From an uncultured delta proteobacterium (GTDB lineage: Bacteria; Desulfobacterota; Syntrophobacteria; Syntrophobacterales; Syntrophobacteraceae), in NCBI GenBank assembly GCA_963808625.1, contig CAWEHK010000008.1, positions 32,001 to 96,000 of the forward strand: a DNA stretch of 64,000 bases, written 5' to 3'. Positions within the stretch are counted from its first letter, which is position 1, and each line of letters opens with the position of its first letter. The notes beneath the pieces were generated by a model. The model did no database searches. It saw nothing but the letters and a program-made list of their open reading frames with translations, and was not told the origin of the DNA. Positions 56,841 to 64,000 of this stretch are shown piece after piece. The position numbers and the translations under genes were made by a program.

Positions 56841-57494
56841 ATGGAAAGACGCCAGGCACTGCTCCAGGGAGTATTCGAACAGCTCCTTTCCACTCTTGGC
56901 CCACAGTATTGGTGGCCGGCGGACAGTCCTTTTGAAGTAATCGTGGGGGCGATTCTCACGCAAAATACCGCGTGGAAAAACGTGAAGCAGGCTATCGGGA
57001 AGCTCCGCGAGCACAATCTCCTGAACGCTGAAGCCATCTCTTCCATAGCACTCCCGGATTTGGCAACATTGATTCGTTCGTCGGGATATTACAATCAAAA
57101 GGCCCTCAAACTGATGGTCTTTTGCGAGCATATCCGGAATCACTGGCGGGACAATCTCGGTGCTTTTCTTTGCCAGGACATGGAAAAGTTACGCGCGGAA
57201 CTTCTCGGTCTCCACGGCATCGGCCCGGAAACGGCCGACAGCATTATCCTCTATGCCGCCGAGCAACCCTCGTTTGTTGTGGACGCTTACACCTACCGCA
57301 TCTTTCAGCGTCATGGCTGGGTTCCCGAGGCGATAAGCTACGGGGAACTGCGTTCCTTTTTCATGGACGCGGTTGCACCGGATGTGGCGTTCTTCCAGGA
57401 ATACCATGCCCTCCTCGTGCGCACCGGTCATCTCTACTGCAAAAGGAAGCCGGCATGTGAGGCCTGCCCTCTCAACCATTGGCAAGAGACCTGA
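56841..57494 (+). CDS. HhH-GPD endonuclease III-like protein
   Basis: GAILTQNT.W, GIGPETADSI, VVDAY, C....P.C..CP. Confidence 0.88.
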   Translation: MERRQALLQGVFEQLLSTLGPQYWWPADSPFEVIVGAILTQNTAWKNVKQAIGKLREHNLLNAEAISSIALPDLATLIRSSGYYNQKALKLMVFCEHIRNHWRDNLGAFLCQDMEKLRAELLGLHGIGPETADSIILYAAEQPSFVVDAYTYRIFQRHGWVPEAISYGELRSFFMDAVAPDVAFFQEYHALLVRTGHLYCKRKPACEACPLNHWQET

Positions 57495-57500
57495 GGGACT

Positions 57501-58035
57501 TTGAGAATAGAAGAATCCTCCCTTTATCGGCAGCCGATGAGCAGTTCGCGATGGCGGGAAGTCACGGAAAGATTGAGGACCGGCCTCGCGCTGCTGGACC
57601 AGGAAGCGGTCCAATCATCAGCCGGACAAATTCGCGAGGCTTTGGAGTGGCTGGACCCGATTATGACAAGATACTGTGCGATTACGTGCCCGCATTGTAA
57701 AGACCCATGCTGCCGGGCGCAGGCCATCTTTTTCAACCGGACGGACCTGCTTTTCCTGATCGCCTCAGGGACCAGCCTGCCGCCGGGACAGACCCGCGTC
57801 AGCCCCCTCGCACCATGCCGCTACCTGCAGTCGACGGGCTGCTGCCTGCCGCGCACGCGCCCGGCCCTATGTATGCGTGTGGTATCTTTGCGAAGCTCAG
57901 ATGGACCTGTTTGGGGAGGAGCGTGCTGCGACCCAGAGACTCTTTGTGATGCATCTTGAGAAGATCAGACGAAACCGGCTGCGGCTTGAGTCGCTCTATG
58001 AAAGTCACTGTGCTCCGGGGCTTCGCTCAAGTTGA
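57501..58035 (+). CDS. Cys-rich hypothetical protein (frameshift ~57865)
   Basis: CAITCPHCKDPCC, CRYL...GC.LP...RPYVC. Confidence 0.55.
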
Positions 58036-58249
58036 TATCGAGGATGGTGCGGCAGTCTGGTGGGGAACGGTCAAACCCTGACCCGATGAACCAATGGCTT
58101 GGTGGGGCAGGTTTTCCAGCTGGTCATCGTCATGGCAGGCTGGAAAACCTGCCCTACAGACATGATGGTTTCTCCGACAAACGCGAAAGCCTGTCCGACA
58201 AACAGCCATCAAATTGCGCCACTTAATTTCGAAAAGTCCGTAAGTACAG

Positions 58250-58392
58250 AGCCACCTACATGAGTGTCCGGATTTCCATCGTCACGCCCGCGAAAGCGGG
58301 CATCCAGGCTTTTCTTCTGGATTCCCGCCAAAAACATGTGGGAATGACGTTCTTGGTTCATGGTCACTTTATTCTGTGGTGCTTTACTAAGC
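58250..58392. repeat. MITE/REP-like element
   Basis: GTCACGCCCGCGAAAGCGGGCATCCAG..CTGGATTCCCGC..GGAATGAC; related copy at ~60030-60190. Confidence 0.6.
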
Positions 58393-58732
58393 AGGCTTGA
58401 AAATCTTCTCCAGGGGCCGCCGTTCAGGGACATAGACGTCCGTTGCTATCGTTCCTTCATTCCATGCCTGCGATACGTAAAGACCACAGTAGCAGCTTCC
58501 ATATTCGTCGACGTCGGGCACCCGATAGGATGCAGGGACAAATGATGTCTTTGTCCCATTCGCGATCGGCGGCGGACAAGCGGCATGGGCAGCTCATGTA
58601 GCCATAACGCTCTTTGTTGATGAGCAGGCCTTCCAGGAGATCGAAGACACTCTTTTTCTCCCGGTTAAAGAAGTAACCCTTTGGTTCCTGGGTTTTCCTA
58701 AGCATCTCATAAAGCTGCTCGACATCGCTCAT
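58387..58732 (-). CDS. Ferredoxin:thioredoxin/glutaredoxin reductase catalytic subunit (frameshift ~58530)
   Basis: CPCR, DIICPC, GSCYCGLY. Confidence 0.85.
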
Positions 58733-58983
58733 AAGTTGAGCGCCTCCTTGAGCTCGTCCTGTCTGAAACCGACGATCACCTTGTCGCCGATAACAATCGT
58801 GGGGAACGAACAGCGCGGATTGTACTGCTTCACTTCATCGATGATTTTCTGCCGTTCTTCACCATCCAACTTGTCAACTTCAATACATTTATAGTCGATC
58901 CCGCAGGTGTTCAGGAACTCTTTGGTATTCCTGCAGTGAATGCAGGTGCTCAAAGCGTAAAGCGTAATATCACATTGACTCAT
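58729..58983 (-). CDS. Glutaredoxin-family protein
   Basis: STCIHC, SFPT, IVGF. Confidence 0.88.
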   Translation of the reverse strand: MSQCDITLYALSTCIHCRNTKEFLNTCGIDYKCIEVDKLDGEERQKIIDEVKQYNPRCSFPTIVIGDKVIVGFRQDELKEALNL

Positions 58984-59818
58984 GTCCTCTCTCCTCTCGT
59001 CTCTCGAGTTTTGAACGCAACTTGCCCAAGACTTAAAATCAAATACTTTATATCACGAATTCCCAGGCGTGTCAGGGCGAAGTCATAGCGCACCGGATCT
59101 TCGGGCGCGATTGCCCGAAAAGCTCTGGTAACCTCGAGGGCCGTCTGCATGTCCGCCTGTTTGCGCCGGGTCAATCCCACTTCAAGGGCAACGCGATGCA
59201 TATGAGTATCGAGCGGCACGATCAGCTTGCAGGCCTCGACTCCGCGCCATCCTCCGGGGTCGACATCATCAGAGCGCACCATCCACCGGAGAAATAGATT
59301 CAGGCGTTTGCAGGCGCTCCCTTTACCGGGTGAAGGCAATAACATCGTCATTTCCTCCGGAGCATCTGCACGCAGTTCCCGAACCAGGGCGGTCAGAGCG
59401 GGAAGAACCGTAGCGTCTCGCGCTTCACAATGGGCAACGAAACACGCCTCCAACGATCCATAGCGCTCGATGACGCGCTTGATGCCTCCAGAAGGGCAGC
59501 CAACTGGTCGCCTCGGGTGAAGCGATGTCTGAAGTCCATAAGCGTTTTCTGAATGCTTCCCCGGGAATGGGTCAGGACGAATTCCGCCGGAGATCCACCC
59601 ATGCGGCGCAAGACCTCAGACACACTCTTCAGGATCTGACGGACCCGACCATAGGCAAGAGCTGAGGCCACCATGCCGACGACTTCACGATCCAGCGTAC
59701 CCGAGTATTGGTGCACAAATTCCAGAGGGTCCGGGTGGATGAATTCTCGACGATTATAGTCAGCATAGAGCTGTTCCAGTGATTCTCTACAAAACGCTGA
59801 AGAATCAGACCATCTCAT
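58980..59818 (-). CDS. TIGR02757-family protein (frameshift ~59485)
   Basis: DPLEFVH, LAYGRV.QI, SACKRLNLFLRWMVR, PLDTH, DPVRYDFAL. Confidence 0.85.
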
Positions 59819-60268
59819 AGGGTCGCATCCAGATCTGAAAATGTGCCACACGGACACTGCAAGTTGGCCGCTGTCCGGGTTGTACTCACCGCAACATGAA
59901 CGCTCATTGCAGGCGGTGCGACGATAAGACATGTAAGTATAATGGCCGCCAATCGACCTGTCATCCCCTTTCGCGTGAAGCAGTTGAACGGTTACATCGT
60001 TATTCCAATAACAGACCGGCTTCCAGAAACACTTAGAGCACCAAGTACTGTGCCGCAGAAACGAGTGTCCGCATCCACCCGTCATGCCCCCAAAGACGGG
60101 CATCCAGGCTGTTCTCCTGGATTCGCGCTAAAAGCATGCGGAAATGGCGTCCCGGGATTATGCCGACTTTATTCTGTGGTGCTCTACCAAGCAGTAGGGT
60201 ATTACTTGTGCTGTCGGGGGTCCTCGAAATTTGACGAGGTTTCCAGGAGGCTCTCCCAAGGGGTGGTC

Positions 60269-61519
60269 ATGACACCTGAGTTTATGCCGATTTTGTCGGC
60301 TGATGGACGGTTGCTCTTCTGCACCAGGATCGTCCGGCTGTTCGCCTACGGATTCCTGTCGGTGATCCTGGTGTTGTACCTGGTGCAGGTCGGCCTTACC
60401 GAAACGCAGGTCGGGCTGCTGCTGAGCCTGACCCTGGTCGGGGACACGTTGATCTCTCTCTGGCTCACCACCGTGGCCGACCGCGTCGGAAGACGGCGTG
60501 TACTCATTGTGGGGACCATCCTGATGATCTTAGCCGGGGTGCTCTTCGCCCTCACGCGCAACTTCTTCCTGCTCCTCGTTGCTGCCACCATCGGCGTAAT
60601 CAGCCCGAGCGGCTACGAAGTGGGTCCGTTCCTCTCCGTCGAACAGGCAGCACTCTCCCAGATTATTCCCGACGAACTTCGGACCAGGATTTTCGCCTGG
60701 TACAATTTGGTCGGCACCTTCGCCACGGCGTTCGGTTCCATGGTCGGAGGCGCATCGGTCCAGGTTTTGGAAAGTATCAGTCTGACTCCCCTGGGAAGCT
60801 ATCGCGTCGTGGTGGCGAGTTATGCGGTGCTCGGACTGGTGATGACGATCCTCTTCACCCGCCTTTCGCCCGGCGTGGAAGCTTCTCCCATCGGACGCAA
60901 CGCGGGGTCGCACCTGGTCCCCGGGTCCTGGTTCGGGTTGCGGCACTCCCGTGGGATCGTCCTCAAGCTCTCCGCCTTGTTTTCACTGGACGCGTTCGGC
61001 GGCGGGTTTGTCATCCAAAGCATCGTTGCTTACTGGTTTTACCTGCGTTTTCATGTTGAACCGGCGACCCTCGGGGGCATTTTTTTCGGGGCCAACATCC
61101 TTGCCGGCCTGTCCTACCTGGCCGCCGCGCATGTCGCTTCCAGGATTGGGCTCATCAGGACCATGGTGTTTACCCATATTCCCTCGAACATCCTGTTGAT
61201 CCTGGTGCCGCTCATGCCGAACCTGCCGCTGGCAATTGCGGTGCTGCTGGTGCGGTTCAGCATTAGCCAGATGGATATTCCGACGCGGCAATCCTACACG
61301 ATGGCAGTTGTTGCTCCCGAAGAGCGGTCAGCCGCAGCGGGAATAACCGGCGTTGCCCGCACCATCGGGGCCTCCCTGTCACCGCTTTTGGCCACGCCCA
61401 TGCTGGCCAGCGCTTCCCTGCTCAGCGTGCCTTTCTTTCTCGCCGGAGGATTGAAAATTGGCTACGATCTGGCCCTCTACCGGAGCTTTAAGGCCGTCAA
61501 ACCTCCGGAAGAGAGATGA
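60269..61519 (+). CDS. MFS transporter
   Basis: About 12 hydrophobic segments; ADRVGRRR motif. Confidence 0.9.
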   Translation: MTPEFMPILSADGRLLFCTRIVRLFAYGFLSVILVLYLVQVGLTETQVGLLLSLTLVGDTLISLWLTTVADRVGRRRVLIVGTILMILAGVLFALTRNFFLLLVAATIGVISPSGYEVGPFLSVEQAALSQIIPDELRTRIFAWYNLVGTFATAFGSMVGGASVQVLESISLTPLGSYRVVVASYAVLGLVMTILFTRLSPGVEASPIGRNAGSHLVPGSWFGLRHSRGIVLKLSALFSLDAFGGGFVIQSIVAYWFYLRFHVEPATLGGIFFGANILAGLSYLAAAHVASRIGLIRTMVFTHIPSNILLILVPLMPNLPLAIAVLLVRFSISQMDIPTRQSYTMAVVAPEERSAAAGITGVARTIGASLSPLLATPMLASASLLSVPFFLAGGLKIGYDLALYRSFKAVKPPEER

Positions 61520-61707
61520 GGCCCATGAGAACAAGGTTCCACCGCAGAGGCGCAGAGGACGCAGAGAATTCACCCTTGGAATTGACATGGGGCAAAGGAA
61601 ACTAGCATTAAGCAGGGGCAAAATCCGTTGCCGCCGCGCGAGATGATTTTGAGCAGCAAACCGATGTGCGGAGAACACATGTGAAGAGATTTTCCTTGGT
61701 GAAGACC

Positions 61708-62811
61708 ATGACCGACACGATTAGCCATGGATTTTCGTCCTGGTTGTTCCACAACTGGTACGCCCTGCCCTTTTCACCGCCACCATGGCCTCTGTACAAG
61801 GTGCTCCGTCTTGGCGTCACCTTCTACAAAGCGGGTTTGCACCACCACCAGCAGGAGGCGAGGCAGCGCCGGAGGCGACTCCCGGCCTACGTCATCAGTG
61901 TTGGCAATCTGGTTGTTGGAGGCGCCGGGAAGACCCCCCTGACCCTGTGGCTGGCAAACCATCTGCGGAGCCTCGGCAGGAAGCCCGCTGTCCTCAGCAG
62001 GGGATACAAGAGAAAAGGTCTGGCCCCGGCGAGAGTGCCGTCAACCGGGCAAAGCTCCCAGCAAGTGCCGGCGTTCGGGGATGAACCGGTCCTCATGGCG
62101 TGCAAGGCAAAACCGGTCCCCGTTTGGGTCGGTAGAGATCGCTGGCAGTCAGGAAATCAGGCCATTCAAAACGATCACGTGGATACCCTGGTCCTGGATG
62201 ACGGCTTTCAGCACCTGGCGCTGGATCGCAACCTGGATTTGGTCCTGCTTGATGCGCATAACCCCTTCGGGAATGGTGCCCTGCTGCCCCTGGGTCCGCT
62301 GCGGGAACCGCCGGCACACCTTGACCGCGCGGATGCCATTGTGCTCACGCGTGCCGAAGATAGACAACTGACCGAGGCGACGCGATCGAAGATCACCGGG
62401 TTGTTCCCTCGAAAACCGATTTATTCCTGTGTTCATCGTTTCACCGGGCTGAGGGTGGGACTTGGCGGTGAACGCATCCCGCTTGCAGCCCTGCATGCGG
62501 AGAAGGCGGTCGCCTTTGCCGGCATCGCCCGACCCGAGAGCTTTTATCATCTGCTCCGAGAGGCCGGAATTGTCGTTGGTCCAAGCTTTGCTTTCCCTGA
62601 CCATCACCAGTACTGCGGAGCCGACCTGGCGATGGTGCTGAAGGTTGCGGCAGAAAGCAATGCAGCCTTCCTCATTACCACCGAAAAAGACATGGTTCGA
62701 CTCCCGCCTGAGTTCCAAGCATTCACTCTCGCCGCCCTCCTGGAAATCGACTTCCTTTCCGAACACCAGGCCTTTTGCAACTTTCTCACGGAAAGACTTC
62801 CCTCCCACTGA
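61708..62811 (+). CDS. lpxK: Tetraacyldisaccharide 4'-kinase
   Basis: SVGNL.VGGAGKTP, LSRGY, GDEP, DDGFQH, LLP.GPLRE, FPDHH, TTEKD. Confidence 0.93.
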   Translation: MTDTISHGFSSWLFHNWYALPFSPPPWPLYKVLRLGVTFYKAGLHHHQQEARQRRRRLPAYVISVGNLVVGGAGKTPLTLWLANHLRSLGRKPAVLSRGYKRKGLAPARVPSTGQSSQQVPAFGDEPVLMACKAKPVPVWVGRDRWQSGNQAIQNDHVDTLVLDDGFQHLALDRNLDLVLLDAHNPFGNGALLPLGPLREPPAHLDRADAIVLTRAEDRQLTEATRSKITGLFPRKPIYSCVHRFTGLRVGLGGERIPLAALHAEKAVAFAGIARPESFYHLLREAGIVVGPSFAFPDHHQYCGADLAMVLKVAAESNAAFLITTEKDMVRLPPEFQAFTLAALLEIDFLSEHQAFCNFLTERLPSH

Positions 62812-63173
62812 TCCTTCTCTTTGACGGACTTAAAGACTCACCGCAGTCACTCATGTCCCTTCGGGACACCCGAAGACACATGAAAAGAAACTCTTCGGAG
62901 CTGAGGCTCAGAGAGCGCAGAGGAAACCAATCAAGTCTCTCTGCACTGCAACTTGCAGTTTGTTGGAATTCTATCACAATATTGCCTTAATTTATTGTTA
63001 TCTCTGCGTTCTCTGCGTCTCTGCGGTGAAAGAAAAGGATTGTGACTCTTATGGGTGTAAAATTGATGTTTGCTTTTTTTCAGGACGGAGATGGTCTTTA
63101 TTGATAAGATATTTGCGAGTGACGAAGCATTAATGGGGCCTGATTCAAAAGCAGGTAATCAACCGAGGGCCAA

Positions 63174-64000
63174 GTGATTCAAATTGACGGCTCGACACAC
63201 TCGGGAAGCGGGACGCTTCTCCGCTACGCTGCGACCTTGGCTACGCTTGTCGGGGAACCGTTGCATGTGTTCCACATTCGCGCCAAGAGGCCGAAGCCCG
63301 GACTCAGACCGCAGCATGTTGAGGCGCTCCGAGCCTGCTGCGCCCTCTCTGGAGGTCGCATGGAAGGTGCCGAAGTGGGGGCGGACAACATCTATTACTA
63401 CCCCGGGAACCAGTTGCATGCCGGGGAATTCAATTGGGACATCGGCACCGCCGGTTCCACGACAATGTTGGCCCTCACGGTAATTCCCCTGGTTCTCTAT
63501 GGTCGCAACCCATGCCTTATGACCATTCAGGGCGGGCTTTTCCAGGACTTCGCACCCAGCGCGCTACACCTTCAGAAAGTGCTCCTGCCGTTAATCCGCA
63601 GGATGGGGGCCGAGATCGACCTGAGAATACTCCGCCCGGGATATGTCCCCAAAGGCCAGGGGCGCCTGTCGCTCGGGGTGAATGCTCTCAAACAGCCGCT
63701 TACACCGCTCACGTTGGTCACGCAGGGGAATCTGAAGGGCCTCCATGCCATTTCCCTGGCGTCCCATCTCGACGAGGAGGAGGTGAGCGCGAGGATGGCC
63801 ACCCGCTGCCGGAGTCTGCTCGAGAAGCATGGGTACCCGGTCCGGATGGAAGTCATCGATGACACGACAGCCATTCAGAAGGGAGCGGCACTGCTCGTGT
63901 GGGCGGAGACCGAGACCGGCTGTCTCCTGGGGGCAGACCGGGCAGGCAAGAGGGGCAGGAGTTCGGAGAGCATTGCCGAGTTCGTGGTGAAAGCTCTCCT
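63174..64000 (+). CDS. rtcA: RNA 3'-terminal phosphate cyclase (runs off window end)
   Basis: IQIDGS..SGSGTLLR, IRAKRPKPGLRPQH, DIGTAGST, GYVPKGQG. Confidence 0.88.
   Translation, partial: MIQIDGSTHSGSGTLLRYAATLATLVGEPLHVFHIRAKRPKPGLRPQHVEALRACCALSGGRMEGAEVGADNIYYYPGNQLHAGEFNWDIGTAGSTTMLALTVIPLVLYGRNPCLMTIQGGLFQDFAPSALHLQKVLLPLIRRMGAEIDLRILRPGYVPKGQGRLSLGVNALKQPLTPLTLVTQGNLKGLHAISLASHLDEEEVSARMATRCRSLLEKHGYPVRMEVIDDTTAIQKGAALLVWAETETGCLLGADRAGKRGRSSESIAEFVVKAL

Overview
A 64 kb GC-rich bacterial chromosome segment. The gene content suggests an anaerobic Desulfobacterota/Syntrophobacterales-like deltaproteobacterium (inference). The backbone is metabolic and housekeeping: sucA, dppDF-like, PPi-PFK, a RACo-type corrinoid activator, a Na+-translocating acyl-CoA decarboxylase, panCD, metK, ahcY, mltA, ilvD, lpxK and rtcA. 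Many genes carry single-base frameshifts that look like assembly errors. There are two accessory islands. Island 1 (~22.6-31.9 kb) is a decayed integron-like cassette array with two attC-like sites and no IntI. Its TIR-domain membrane gene is split in-frame by a 2.46 kb element encoding a tyrosine recombinase plus an IS91-type Y2 transposase; one end of this element is an attC-like hairpin that becomes fully paired only in the excised circle (best candidate for a novel system). Downstream lie repeated RAYT-transposase end fragments whose GGGTCGGGCC motif is hit by both an IS4-type MITE and an ORF-less group II intron (EBS1-IBS1 pairing visible), interleaved with toxin-antitoxin genes. Island 2 (~47.7-52.9 kb) is an XcyI/Cfr9I-like restriction-modification system plus a small gene pair, between two diverged copies of a radical SAM gene. 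Family assignments come from motifs I recognised by eye; no database search was run.
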